Both the position numbers and the translations under genes were made by a program. This document shows positions 29,960 to 47,576 of a stretch of DNA of 64,000 bases, piece by piece; the stretch's first letter is position 1; each line of letters starts with the position of its first letter. A model generated the notes under the pieces. That model was not told where the DNA came from. It did no database searches and worked only from the letters and a program-made list of their open reading frames with translations. The DNA is from the human T2T-CHM13v2.0 reference genome, Homo sapiens. The DNA lies in assembly GCF_009914755.1 (NCBI RefSeq), contig NC_060932.1, one strand, 5' to 3'.

Positions 29960-30115
29960 AAGAAAGGAAATGACACATTCCTGCGTTGAAAATCTTTCTT
30001 AATGTGTTTCAATAGCACTCTCATCAATGCACAGGTTTGCAAAATCTAAATTTGTCAGATAACTCACTCTTCACCCCATTTAGGCCGCTTTAAAAAAAAA
30101 AGAGAAGTGAAAAGG
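29960..30115 (-). promoter_or_regulatory. MSR1: MSR1 proximal promoter: composite Ets/AP-1 (AGGAAATGACACA, 29965-29977) and PU.1-type site (AAAAGAGAAGTG, 30098-30109); no evident TATA box or CpG island
   Basis: Both motifs are read directly and lie about 135 bp apart. This matches the established PU.1 plus AP-1/ets architecture of the human SR-A promoter. Confidence 0.8.
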
Positions 30116-30171
30116 AAAAGAAACAAGGGTTGTTGAAACAAGCACATAATTTACAGCAGATTGAGCTTTCC

Positions 30172-30421
30172 TTTTTTTTTGGAGATGGAGTCTCGCTGTC
30201 TCACCAGGGTGGAGTGCAGTGGTGTGATCTCAGCTCACTGCAACCTCTGCCTCCCAGGTTCTACAGGCGTGTGCCATCACACCCGGCTAATTTTTTGTAT
30301 TTTAGTAGAGACAGGGTTTCGCCATGTTGGTCAGGATGGTCTTGATCCCCTGACCTCATGGTCCGCTCGCCTTGGCCTCCCAAAGTGCTGGGATTACAGG
30401 CGCGAGCCACCGTGCCCAGCC
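30172..30421 (-). mobile_element. AluS (Sc-like) with internal deletion, just upstream of the PU.1 site
   Basis: CCCAGGTT joined directly to CTACAGGCG. TSD CTTTCCTTTTTT. Confidence 0.92.
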
Positions 30422-30526
30422 TGATCTTTCCTTTTTTATAAGTAATCTATGCCTTCTAAAACATACATTAATTCTCATGATCTCCTCTTTCACGTTACTA
30501 TAATGTTGAGTAAAGACTCCATGTTT

Positions 30527-30952
<426 letters not shown>

Positions 30953-33344
30953 TCACTCCTGTTCTCTCTATAATGATAATAGCATTAATTTTTAGAGCAC
31001 CAGACAAGTTGTTTATTTCCAGTAGTATAGTAGAGGGAAGGAATCTCAGGCATGGATCAGATGAAAGGGATGTTCTTTCCCTTCTGCCATCCATCAGGGT
31101 TTTATACAATTCAACTCCGTTATTTACTCACATTCAAGAAGTTCAAGTATGACTCACATGAAAACGTTCAACATTACATTAATGAGCTAAGTTTTACAAC
31201 TGATATTTCTGGGAGAAGGTGTTTAGCTTATATTCCGTAGTCACTCTTTTGTGCCCAAACAGGAGAAATCATGCTTCCTACCAAAAGATGCCCCAAATTG
31301 CTGTGCCCATGGGCACCATCCTTCAGAAGACAATACGTCTGCAAGAAAGTATGCGGGAACAGCGCACGGTCTTTGAGAGATGCAAAGTAACAGTATTATT
31401 CAGTTATTCTTAAGGTAACCACTAAAAGGCTAATAGTAGTAGTAGGACAGGCATCAAAGTAAGCTGCATAATTTCTAACCAGGCAGCTTGAAGACTAGAA
31501 GTACGATCACAATTTGATCCAGCCTGGACCAGCATAAATGCTATTGGCTATTCCTCATCAAATTCTTACTGACACAGAACTGGAGACTACAAAACTCACA
31601 CTCTTTCCTTTACAATTATTTGTACATGCTTCTTATTTTAAAATATAGTCCTTTTAGGTTTTTTTGTACAAAATCTGAAGTTTAAAATTTAGATATCCCT
31701 GACAATGCTACGTGATTAGAAAAGTCAGACTCTGGGAATAACAAGACACCAATCTCCCAAAATTCTATCCTAATGAGGTTTCTTTCTGTCAGTGTGCTTT
31801 ATTTTCAGTATGTCTCTGTAATACTGTTTGGTGTATATCCACAGTGCTGACCACTTCCCTATGTGATGATTTCCACACTCTTCAGCCAATCTAATTTTTC
31901 ATTAAAAAACTTCCCTTTTTATATGTCTAAATAGGTACTATATAATTTTATATAGTTTTATATATAATAATTATAGATTATGTAACATAATATTATCTAT
32001 TAGGTCTTACTATATGTAAAAACACCTTTAGCAGGGAACCATGTTAAAAATGTTCAGTTCAAGCCAATGATTAATTGAGAACAGAGGTAATATGTAAAGG
32101 GTTGGGATTTTGCATTCATTCCTTCATTTGACTTCACAGCAACTTTGTCATATCACTTCCCTAATTGAGAAATTAATGTTTAGAGATGGTAAGTAAATTT
32201 CTCGAGATCAGAGTTATGAGTCATCAGAGCTGGTATTTAAACCCAGTCTGATTACAAAATTTGGCAAAATATAGTTTTTTCTTAAGCTGAAGTAGGTATA
32301 TGTATTATTAGGGGACTATAATATCTCCATCAAAAACAGTATACAGAAAACAAGCCACAAATATGGGCAAATTCCAGATCATGTGGATAGTTACTTTGTT
32401 CATAGTTATTGTGATGGATCCCAATTACTTTATTTTTGTTGCTTATGGATATATGTGTCTAGAATGAGGTCCATGTAAGATTATGCCCAGTGACCAAACA
32501 GAGATTCATAATCAAATAGGCAAATGGCTTGAGAGAATTGATTCAAATGTCCTAGGACTCACTGTGGTACAGGTATACTGAACTCAAAAGAAGAGTTAAC
32601 ATTTTACACTCATTAAGAGGTATTTTTGTATGTCTAAAGTTACAGCAGGTTGTTAGTCATAATATATAGTTAATACATTATGACTTATTTATTGTATGAT
32701 ATATATATGATAAAGTTTCGAGATAAAATTTTTCATGTTCTTAATTCAAAGCAATAAGTAAATAGTGATATAAATACAGATTTTAATAATGCTGCAACGG
32801 ACACATATTGCTGTGGGATTATAAAGCATTTACAGAATTATCAAAACATTCTTTAATAAAATTGACATTGAAAAATTGCATATTGGCAGAGCTTTTTCTT
32901 TGATAATCATAAGCAGAAAACTGTGAAGGTACCAGTAACATTTTATATAGCCTTATTAAACAGAACTTTCCTATATGAGAATTATTGAAGTCAAATACAG
33001 AAACAGACCAAGGACAGTATCAGAATTGAATAGTATCTTCCTTCTATTAAACCTATAATAATATTTTGGCTTGCCCACACAATCTTAAATTGGTGGTGTT
33101 AGTTAAAATTTTAATTTTTTTGCGAGATTTTAAAATTTAATTAACATATGCATTATATTTCAAAAACTTGGTTAAGAACTGTAGGCTTACAGTGTTTAGG
33201 TCTAAATTCGTGTTTCTCTATTTTAACATAAAATTATAATAAAATAATATATCAACACTTAATAAGGTATAGAGATCAATATATTTATTTTCTTTTGAGA
33301 AACACTGCACTATGCCATACTGTCTATTTTTAAAAGAAAGTTCA

Positions 33345-34270
33345 TGGAAGACTTCTAGTTGTAGCTTCAACATCTAAAGAGCTTGGAAGTCATCACTCAT
33401 ATCTCGACACCACGAAAAAAGCTGGAGAAACTAAAAATCAATGACGTCTTGGACCCATCAGAGAACTGAGGTCTCAAGGAAACTACCAGCCTGAAACCGG
33501 GAGAGAGAGGAGATTACAGAGCATCACAGCAGACACCAGATCACCTGCAGCTGATGCCAGTGGAACCACAAACTGGCAGGAACACCTAAGCAGGAATTTG
33601 GCAAGAGGCTGAGTATGGACCAGTGTGAGCACTGGAGCCTCCTGGGGGCTGCAGTCTTCAAGGCGCCCCCTAAACACTTACAGGCTTTACTTCCAGGAAT
33701 ACAACTTGGTTCTCACAGTATATACCAAAAAATATCACCTGATGTCCCTGGCAGAGAGAAGGGAAATCTAATGATTTTAAAATATACGTAGAGCATTTCC
33801 TGTAACAAAGGCTTACTCCCCAGTGAAAAGAGTTTATCAGAGCGTTATCTTAGCTAGGCAGCTGAAGGGTAACTATTCAATGCTCGCTCCCTCTAGTCTT
33901 CCAGCTGCAGTTCAACTTGGCAGAGAAAAAGGAAAAAAAAAAAAAAGTTTAGAAACGCTCATGAAGGTCACAGGTCACAGTCCGGGGACAAGGGCCCACT
34001 AAAAGACTGAGATTTAATCAGAAGACTATAGAACACCTCACCCCGCCCCCACATCTCACCCCTCCGTCAACAGAGCTCCCGTATGATAACAGTGGATGAC
34101 AGGTGAAAGAGATGCAAGGTTTTTTTTGAAAGGGAAGTTTGTAGGGGAACCTAAATACAGTAGAGGCAACAAAGAGACACTACAGGTAATTTTAGCTTCT
34201 GACAGCTGTATCTACAGGAAATGTTAGACGTAACCCAGCTCCTAGCTAGATTAATATACAAACTCACACT
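33345..34270 (+). mobile_element. Probable ancient L1M 5'-region fragment
   Basis: Abrupt rise in GC; aaagagcttggaagtcatcactc...ttggacccatcagagaactgaggtc resembles recalled old L1 5' ends. Subfamily uncertain. Confidence 0.5.
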
Positions 34271-34485
34271 AAAAGGCAAGTAAGCATACCTAAGACCCTA
34301 AAAGTCACACTGTCCTTAGACAGTTAGGGAAGTAGAATGGATAACATATGCCCAAAATACGAATGACTAATTTCCTTGCAAGATCAGCTGTCTCCTGCAA
34401 GCAACATTTGACAATTCACCCTTTCCTCGTGATGATGTCTTAACTAAGAAGATACAAAAATGCAAGGAAATGAAAGTGAATATGA
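34120..34485. promoter_or_regulatory. Candidate MSR1 upstream macrophage enhancer (about -4.2 to -4.6 kb)
   Basis: AP-1/Ets composite TGACTAATTTCCT (34364-34376), Ets-IRF-like GGAAATGAAAGTGAA (34466-34480), and further GGAA cores near 34133, 34216 and 34328. Position agrees with the recalled -4.1 to -4.5 kb SR-A enhancer. Confidence 0.6.
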
Positions 34486-35026
34486 GATCACTTTTATGTG
34501 CTATTTTAAAAACATAAATGCACATTGCACTGTGTTTAGGGAACTATGGCTTCAGAATTGTAGGAAAGACCCATGTAGTTTAAATGAGTTTCAAAGTTGT
34601 AAAAGTGTCAATTAATTTAAGCCAGAGCAAAATGCATTAAGCAAATTCTTAACCAGAAGTCTGTGAAATCATGATGGAATATCAGCCTAGGGGCCCAAAT
34701 GAGAGAAAAGAATTTATGCTATAGCCAAAAGGATTGTTGCAAGGTGGATACCATTGACTTTATAGCAATTTCATATGCCCGATTGCCTTTTATTCTCATA
34801 GCAAACCCTCTTTATTTTGCAATGAGAAAACTTAAAGACTCTTGAATAAATTATCTAGGGCCACCTGGCTAGTGAGAGAGCATGAACTAGAATGTATGTT
34901 CTGTGATGTTCTAAGCCACATGGCTCACGTCGCCTTCATAAACATACATAATTGCTTATTCTATACATCTTCAGTTCCCCTCCAAATATCTCCATAAACT
35001 ACTGCTTAAAGCTCCAAGATGGCCTT

Positions 35027-35462
35027 TGTGAAAGGGAAATAGGAACTCAGGAACCCAATTAACTTTGCCAAAAGAAAAAAGAATTTAAGTTGAAAGCTGA
35101 AATTACCTTTCATTTTGTTCCTAAGCAGATAGCTACAGATAAAAGGTTAAATATCTCCACAGGTAGCTATTTCATGTTCACTTTATCTTATGCAAAGTGT
35201 AGATTTAGTGAGCAAGAGAGGAATATATGATTGATTATCCCTCTACCTGCTCCATTTCTCTTGCAAGATGTGCATTGCCATACCCTCCTCCAGTCAGCTT
35301 TTCCCCTTTAAATATGGAAGCCCTCAATATCATCTATGGAGAAAGTCACAGACCAGAGATGGTTTCTGTGACTGTGTTCATTTTTTCCAGGAATGTCCTT
35401 AACCTTGGCAAAATAAACATCTAAATTAATTGAGACCTGTCTCAGATACTTTTTGGTTTGCA
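35027..35462 (+). mobile_element. ERV1 solo LTR, MER4 family
   Basis: TGTGAAAGG start; end aaccttggcaaaataaac...ttgagacctgtctcagatactttttggtttgCA. Confidence 0.8.
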
Positions 35463-35634
35463 CTTCCAAAGCTCAAACCTGTCATTTGCTGTTTGATCTT
35501 CCTGCTATCAGAGAATACATGTCTTTTTCTCTTTTGCTTCCCAAATCACTTGGGAGCACCACTCATTGGCAAATTCTAATGTGGTAATGAGAACTGTAAA
35601 AATGATTGATAGGGACACTCCACTTAAACACCTG

Positions 35635-36050
35635 CACTGAGAGACTTCACCAAACTTGTTTTGTTTTCTATTATCTACTCTTCAAGAAGCAATCACCAAA
35701 CCTTAACAAGGCTTCTAGCAGCTCAAGGCCATATCTCTGAGACCACCCAACCCCCTTTTGGGTTCCTGCCTAGGATAGCTCAGGACTGTCATTGAATTTA
35801 CTGTTTGTTCTAGCCAATACCTGACAATAAGTCCCCGGACTCCTTTAATAGAACATTTACTAAAAAAGGGCTTACAACATTGAATTATTTCTCTATCCTT
35901 TTGAGATGTATATATGTTTCCTATCACCTAGGAGTGTCTTCTTCAATGACCTGGGAGTATTTTTTTTCAAGGACCTGAAAGCCATTCCTTTGAAAAGTAG
36001 TCATTAGGAAGGATAAGACTTCTGTCTCCTGGTCTCTGTTGGGGGATAGA
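35635..36050 (+). mobile_element. ERV1 LTR fragment (MER31-like)
   Basis: gaatttactgtttgttctagccaatacctga...aaggacctgaaagccattcctttgaaa. Subfamily from recall. Confidence 0.55.
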
Positions 36051-36459
36051 ACTTTTCTCATTTATCACTCCAGATCCACTCTTCACCCTTTTGTTTTCTC
36101 CAAAAGGATGATCTTTTTGGACAGAATCAAATGACTCCCCTGACCTCTGGTTCCTGATTAGGTTTGGCAGACTGGTAGGCTAGCAGGAGATTTGTGAGAC
36201 AGAGGAGAGTGAATCCTCCATATTAATTACCTAAAAATGAAATAAATATTTATGGTCTAGGAATGTTGGGTGGCCTCTTAATGAGCTACTTGGCTTATAC
36301 AATCCAAAAATGTTCAAGTCTGCTGAGGAGAAACCTAATTCTCATTATTGTGGAGATTCATAACATCTTAGTTCAAAAACTGTACCAGTTCAAAAATCCA
36401 CTACTTCTTCAATGATCGGCCCCTAGAGAAGCAACCCAGCATCTTAGCTATTAGGACTG

Positions 36460-36929
36460 GGGTAGGCAGACTAATGCCCTCCTCACAAAGGTGTCCACAT
36501 CTGAATTCCCAGAACAATATTACATTACAGGGCAAAGGAAAACTAAGATTACACATGGAATTATGGTTACAATGGGCTCGTTCAGATGACATTAAAAGAG
36601 GGAAGTTACTCTGGATTATATGAGTGAGTCCAATTCAGTCACAAGGATCTTTAAAAGCAGCAGAGGGAGGCAGAAGAGATTCAGAGAAAATAATGTAATG
36701 AGGGGAAGAATGGCCAGAACGATGCAAGGTTGCTGACTTTGATGATGCAAGAAAGAAGACCACAGAACAAAGGATGTGGGTGGCCTCTAGAAGCTGGAAA
36801 GGGCAGAGAAATAGATTTTCTCCTAGAGTATCCAGAAAGGAATGCAGCCACGTTGACAACTTGATTTTAGCCCAGGGTGACACATTTGGACATCTAACCT
36901 GTAGAAATATAAGATAACTCATTTGTGTT

Positions 36930-36979
<50 letters not shown>

Positions 36980-37016
36980 GCACTTAAGTTAGTGCTGCTT
37001 TGTTATAGCAGCAGAA
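36460..37016 (+). mobile_element. MaLR LTR (MLT1D-like) containing (AT)22 at 36933-36976
   Basis: ggtaggcagactaatg...cctctagaagctggaaagggcagagaaatagattttctcctagag...ttgttatagcagca. Confidence 0.85.
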
Positions 37017-37017
37017 T

Positions 37018-37415
37018 TGTATTAATTTGCTTGGGTGCCACAACAAAATACCTCAGGCTGAGTGGCTTAAAAATCAGAAATTTATATCTTACAATTCTGG
37101 AGTCTCAAAGACCGACAGCAAGGTGTCAGCAGCTCTGGCTTCCCCTGAGACCCCTCTCCTTGGCCTGCAGATTCCTGCATTCTTTCTGTTTCTTCATGTG
37201 GTTGTCACTCCGTGCATGAGTGCCCCTGGTGTGTGTTTTTAATGTGTTCAAATTTCCTCATCTTATAAGGACACTAGTCAGATTGGAGTGTGACTCACCC
37301 TAATGGCCTCATTTTAGCTTAATTACCTCTATAAAGGTCTCATCTCGAAATACAGTCAGTCACATCCTGAGATGTTCAGGGCTAGGATTTGGGGGCCACA
37401 TTTCAGCTCACAACA
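37018..37415 (-). mobile_element. MaLR LTR (MLT1A/B-like), tail-to-tail with the previous LTR
   Basis: tgtattaatttgct...acaaaatacctcaggctgagtggctta...cttataaggacactagtcagattgg...cagctcacaaca. Confidence 0.85.
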
Positions 37416-37429
37416 AGGGTTATATTATA

Positions 37430-38430
37430 AAACCTTCCTTGAAGCCATGTCTAGAGGGCATCTCAGTGAGAAAACAAAGCTATGTACTGGGGCTCATTAA
37501 TTGAGGCTCAGAACTATGACCATCCTGAGCACTATGGAAAGTCTTGACCCAACTGCATCTCATAGTAAATCCTACGGAACTGTAGACCCAACTGGCTGTT
37601 ATTTCTACAGATACAAAATGCGAACTAAGAAGATATATATTTAATTATTGGCAGAATCCATATTCGTTTCCTGATATATGGAGTGAAAACTCTTATGGTA
37701 GAAGGACTAAATGGAAGCCACTGAAACGACCCCTCCCCACCAGGATGGTAATCCGAAAACAATACTGCATCTCTGGGAGAACTGGTGACATAAGGGTCAC
37801 CATCAAATGTTAATGTTGCAAGATTGCGATTCTGGGGTAATGATATGTGGCTGAAACTCTCAAAATGGGCAACAATGTGAAAACATCCACTTTCTGTGCA
37901 AATGTCCACTAGACAGCATCCACTATGTAGAGTCGATAATCTGGCTGACAAGATGACCTATCTGGTCAAAGTCAGTCAGCTTTTGCCCTAGCCATAGCAT
38001 ATGGGAAATGGCCATGCAGAGGAGACTGAAGTGGTTCATGGGCTGAACAACATAGGCTTTTCTCAACAAGACAATCTGGATACTGGTGCTCCTGAGTTTC
38101 CAAAATGCAAATAGCAGAGGCTGAAAACTCAGCAAGCTGGTCTGGATACTGGTACTCCTGAGTTTCTAATATGCAAATAGCAGAGACAAATACTGAAAAC
38201 TCCTGAGATGGCCCAGCCAGTAATCTGGCAGCACAGTGATTACACCTGATCTCTTCCAGGAAGGAATGTTTAATCCTCTATGGAAAAAGTACTTGCTAAA
38301 GATGTGGACTTTCCTTTCCTGCTTCAGGGATTACCCTAGCACCACAATGAGCAGACACACTGAATATATCTTCAACAATGATGCATACCACACAGTACTG
38401 CTTCTGACCAGCAGCACATTTTACAGATGG
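37430..38430 (+). mobile_element. Degraded ERVL/MaLR internal (pol/integrase-region) remnant
   Basis: acaagatgacc...gtcagtcagc, catgggctgaacaacatagg, tgattacac, gcttctgaccagcagcacattttacag resemble ERVL integrase DNA. No intact ORF. Confidence 0.6.
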
Positions 38431-41415
38431 TTCTAAGTTTAAAAGCTTTAGGAATTAGTTCTGATGGGTCACGTTCGGTGAAAGATCCATTGTTAGACCA
38501 GTCACTTCGTTCTACAGTTGGGGTTTTATAAGAATGTCAACTCCCTCACACACAAAAATGGATAGTTGGATTGGGAGAAAGATCCCCAATGCAGGGGAAT
38601 ACCTCAACATTAATTTTCTGCTCTCCTAATTGTTTCATATTTATCATAGCACTGTTTTTTTCATCCATTTGTCTTAACTTTCAAACAATGAAAAATAAAT
38701 ATATATCTTTTCTATATATTTTTAAAAAAAAACGTTGCTGATAATACCTCATATCTCACATTTATATATTTCTTAGCAAATAAATGGTTATTATTAACTT
38801 ATTAACTTCTTCCTTTTTTTTTTTGTATTTTGCTCACACAGGTAGACCATTACTACCTATAAATTTTTTGGAATGAAAAGAAATGGAAAGAAACCTTGCA
38901 TAAATTATCTCATTTCACTCTTTACAATGAAATGAGATATTTTGGGCAAAACAATATTATCCCAGTTTAAAACTGAGGACACCCAGGCTTAGAGAAGGTC
39001 ACACAACACTAAGAACTGAATTTGAATAGAACCCAGGTTGTTTCTCAGCTTCTTTCCAACACTCTATTATCTGTGGATATGACAGTGATGACTGACATGG
39101 GCCATGGTCTTTCGACTAAACACTTGAGATCCTTCCAGTTTCAAATCCCTCCTTGCAAATGCCTTTTGGGGAAGCAGGGTCCATTTCCCCATCACAAGGC
39201 TGACAGCACCGAGGGCTCTCTGTCTGTTCCTTGATAACTGCAGTGTAGGCTGTGACCTGGGTCAAGCCAACTATTTAATCCTGCCTGGATTTTGAGTCTT
39301 GAAAAAATAATACGAAGATGTTAAAATAGGTAATAAAGAACTCATAGCAATGTCCAGAATGAGAGTCCAGTGGAAGACTGATTATCTCACATCCTGTGCT
39401 GGTCGTGCTATTAGCAACCTCCTTAACTTGAGGAGGCTCCGGGCTTGTGTGCTTAGCATTCTTTGCTTCCTGCATGCCCTTTTCTCTAGCTGGGCTCTTC
39501 AGCCTCCCCAATGATTTTCTAAGGGATCAGATATTCTTCCAGCACATTTCTTTGCTGCTTACATTAGCCAGAGTTCTTACAACTGTAATACTAATGATAC
39601 TTGAGGTAACCAAAGAGAAGCCGACATAGAGAAACCGGAGGATCAAAAGAATACAAATCACTCTTCTTTAATTTCCATTGTCCAGAACTGTTTCTGTCTT
39701 TGTTCTTTTCTTTTTCAGTTCAGTTGTTATAGTTCACAATGTAGCAGTTTACACTACTCCAACTATAACGCTATAAATGGCATGCAGTCTCTACCACATC
39801 ATGGGCACTATGAATAAACAGATTCTTACATGAAAATGTGTCATGTTCTATTTCTCTTTATTAGATATGTAATGTGGATATGTGATATGCTTTATGATCT
39901 TTAGCATTGATCTATTTTAAAGTATTCACTCAATCCTAAGACACTTAGCTGTAAACATCCTCATTTATCAAATCTATGATAAAAAGAGAAGTGAGAACTT
40001 CCTTAATTAGGCTCAGGTGCCTGAACAGATCTGATGGAATCCTGCAGCTCTCTGCAGGACAAGGATGGCATCCAAAAAGCACCCAACTAAGGAGAACAAT
40101 GAGTATGCTAATGAGGATGAAAGGAAATGGCAGGTTTTTAATCATCAGCCAAAGCGCAGGATACCCCACAAAGGACAAAAAGAAAACACTATCTTTTGAA
40201 TAATTGTTCAAAGAAGATGATGATTCAGAAAAATAAAAAAAAAAAATGGAACTAACATAAATGGCTCAAGATTGCATTTTTCTTTACACTATAAATGGCA
40301 ATTCCAGTGCTTAATCTTGAGCCTTTTATTATTTAGATATGAATACAAATTATCTTAAGAAAATTCCTTTGCAAGGCAGAAGCTTTCTCAAAATGTAAAT
40401 TAGTTCTTTCCTGTCTGTCATAATGCTTACAGCGAATTTACACATTACTTCACATGAAACTATCTTAACCAAAGAGTCTTCTCTGGCTGTTTTTACATCA
40501 TATGGAAGAGATTTTTGTTTATTTGTTCATTTTATTTTGTTTTACAGTAGTGGAGACTAGTGTATCAAATGTTCCAGGCTAACTTTAAAATCTATAACAA
40601 AAACACTGCATTTCTTAAATTTGTAGAATAACTACTAGCTAAGGCAGATTAAGGAGAATTGTTAGAAAACTGGTTACTGACATGATTATATTTACATCTT
40701 GAAATAAACTCCTTGCATCCAAATCCCTTGCTATATTCATACAACATGAAAAATCAGCAAGGTAGGGCCTCTAAAATCAGCTAGTAGAAAACTATTTCAA
40801 TAAAGAAACAGTGTTATTTACATAAGAAATGCATTGTAGAATCTCAATGTTTTCCAGGAACCAAACATTTTTATATTTTATAATTCATTCATTTTTATAC
40901 CAAAATTTTTTATGAATAACAATGAAGAATCCTGCCTCTGGAATTCACTAATTGTGTGACATCTGAAAACTAAAATCAGGATTAGAAAAGAACCTCTCAG
41001 AATTAAGTTCGTTAAAAATATATATATAATCATGCCTGACCCTTTAGTATTCCATCTATAAATGTATTGTAAAATTGTAAACAGTAAACTAAGATATTAA
41101 AATTTGAAATTATAAAGCCAACATTAACTCCTCTTCAGTAATATTAAAAGAAATAAACAAAATGAGTTTTAAGGAACTCTCAGAAATGTTTTGAAATATC
41201 TTTAAAATGAAATAAACTTTATGAAATTCATAGATTCTGTGAAAAAGAATACCCTTTTGTTATAAATCACAGGCACTCAAGTCATTGTTTTTGTTATTTA
41301 CTAAAACAAAATTGTGGAAATGTTATTGTTGTATCTATCACTGGATTGAATAAAATAATTTCCTTCTAAAAATACATTTAAGCTTCTCAAAACACTTGAA
41401 TGAAATGGTGATAAG

Positions 41416-44833
<3,418 letters not shown>

Positions 44834-45350
44834 ATGTATATTGGTATTTTAATAATATGATTTTTTAAAAAATCCTTGTACTCAGATTTATCAATCTTCT
44901 ATGGTTTTATTTCCTGCCCTTATTTTTTTTTTGGAAAGGATCTTTCCTAACTCAGTATCATATAAACAATGTTTTAGTAAGAAAAATTGACAGAAAAAAA
45001 CAGAATGAGAGAAAATACTCATAATATACCTAATGTGAAAAGGCCTAGTATTCAGACTATATAAAGTATTTCTAAAAATAATTACCTAGCAATAGGAGAT
45101 AAGGTAATTCAGTAATTTTGCTTCTAGGTAAGTATCTCAGAGAAATTTTTGCACATGTGTACCAAGAAACATGTACCATAATCTTCAAAGAAATGTTCGT
45201 TACAACCCTATTGGAAAAAACCCAAGTACCACTTAAGAATGAAATTAAAATATATTGTAGTGCACTGATTCATATAATTATTTATCTCATTAGAAATTAC
45301 ATATATTATATACATGATATATATAGTTTAGACTTGAGAATATGTGTGTG

Positions 45351-45400
45351 TCTATCTATGTATGTTTGTATGTATGTATGTATGTATGTATGTATGTATG

Positions 45401-45440
<40 letters not shown>
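45351..45440. repeat. Compound tetranucleotide STR (TATG)n(TATC)n
   Basis: Read directly; adjoins an Alu tail. Confidence 0.95.
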
Positions 45441-45441
<1 letters not shown>

Positions 45442-45722
45442 GTTTTTGTTTTGTTCGAGTTGCGGTCTTACTCTATCCCCCAGACCGGAGTGCAGTGGCA
45501 CGACCATGGCTCACTGCAGCCTCGACCTCCCTGGACTCAGGTGATCCTTCTGCCGTGGCCTCTCAAGTAGCTAGAACTATGGGTATGCACCACCGTGCCG
45601 GGGTAATTTTCGTTTTGTTTGTTTGTAGAGACAGGGTTTTGCCATGTTGCCTAAACTGGTCTTGAACTCCTGGGCTTAAGTGATCCAACAGCCTTGACCT
45701 CCCAAAGTGTTGGGATTACACG
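45442..45722 (-). mobile_element. AluJ
   Basis: GCTCACTGCAGCCTCGACCTCC and CTGGGCTTAAGTGATCC. Confidence 0.9.
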
Positions 45723-45724
45723 CA

Positions 45725-46020
45725 ACTGTCAGTGATGATTTTAGTAAAAATAGTGTTTCATGAAAAAGTCATGAGTTTAGTTCACAGTTTAAACTATTGC
45801 ATGGTGGCTACTGTGACGGTTTGTTGCCACTGCATTGATTCATGTTAAGTCAGAAGCTGTGTTACCTGCTTTGTTACTTTGCGACATTCATGCAAATGAA
45901 ACAATAAAAAAAGTCAAATAGCATTATAGTATTATAATAAAAATAGTTCTGACCTTGTGGACCCCCTGAAAAAGATTTGAGAACACAAGAGATCAGCCGA
46001 CCACACTTTGAGGATTACTG
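45725..46020. mobile_element. hAT-Charlie (Charlie1-like) terminal fragment
   Basis: aaaatagttctgaccttgtggaccccctgaaa...gaccacactttgaggattactg. Confidence 0.7.
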
Positions 46021-47340
46021 TTTTAGTATATTGTTTTAATGGGATATTACTCAGCAATGAAAATGTGCAAAATAAAGATGTAGAAAACAGTGTAACTCAA
46101 TCTCCTGGCTATAATTTTGAAAACAATGAAGCAATGCTTACAAAACACATAAAGTTGAAAATAGAACTGTTTAGGGATGCATAGATGTGATAAAGCCAAA
46201 GAAACACTGAAGTACATGCTCATCACAAAAGGTGTACCAGTAGTTACCTCCTGCGAAGGGATGGCGTTGTAATTGGGGAGGAGCAGATGATGGGCTTCTG
46301 GGAGCCCATCTATTTCCGCTGATCTATTTCTGGATCTGAGTGGTTCCATAGTTGTTTATTTTATAACAATTTCTTAAACTGTACGTATCATTTCATTTAC
46401 CTTTCTGTATTGATATCACATGTCAAAATTAGGTAATAAAATTGATGAATTAACATTTATTCTAGTGTGTTTGTATTTCTTTTCTAATCTTGGTTAGTGT
46501 AGAGGAAGGGTCTAGTTTTTCTTCCACAAATGATAGTCAGATTCTCCCTCATTGCTTATGAAATGGTTTATTTTTTCCCTAGAGATTTGAAAAGCCAAAT
46601 GAGAAGAGAATTTTTACATTTTTTATAACTCTTCTCTTTTCTACATTCATGTGCAACCCTCACTGTGTGTGGAATAAAATTTCTTCTACTTATGATGCTC
46701 ACTTTATTTGTTTTTTGTTTTTTTGGTTTTTTTTGGCCTGGCAAGTTATTGCTTAATTTGTTTCACCTATTATTAATTCTATGGGTCACCATTCTCCTTG
46801 TCTTTTCCAAAGATAGCATAACGAGGTGCACTTAACCATCTGCACTGTAATTTGCATGTCTGAGAAAGAAGCTTACTTTTAAGCCCTTCTCTAGTGACAG
46901 AATCCTAAGATCATGAGAAGGCATATCAGCTCAATAAAAGGTAATATAGACTGTTGGTATTTGAGGCTTGACTACTTGAAAAAATGACCGGAAGGTTCAG
47001 AATATGTACTAATTTGCAATTTAGCTGAGAAAGAAATTTGGATGACAGATGCTGTGAGGTTGGTGTACAGGAGCATTACTTAGCTAGAGAGAACCTAATG
47101 GATCACACACCATCATCATTGCACCAACATCAATGAGACTCTATTATTCAGCTATATACAGAGAAACTTCTAAATATTTTCTCCATTTTATTGAACAGGA
47201 CCTCTGAAAAGAACGTCATCTTCAGGTGCTGATAAGGAAAATGGACTCAGGACACATACAATTAAAAACTTAGATAACAGCCCAAAAATTATGTTAACAA
47301 ATGTTAAATTATAAATGTTAATTAAAGATAAAAGATTGTA

Positions 47341-47576
<236 letters not shown>

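Noticed and set aside
31303-31316. Perfect 14-bp palindrome GTGCCCATGGGCAC at about -1.4 kb
   Set aside because: A few palindromes of this length are expected by chance in 64 kb; no supporting context.
38075-38185. 45-bp direct repeat
   Set aside because: Local duplication within a decayed ERVL-type internal sequence; no sign of function.
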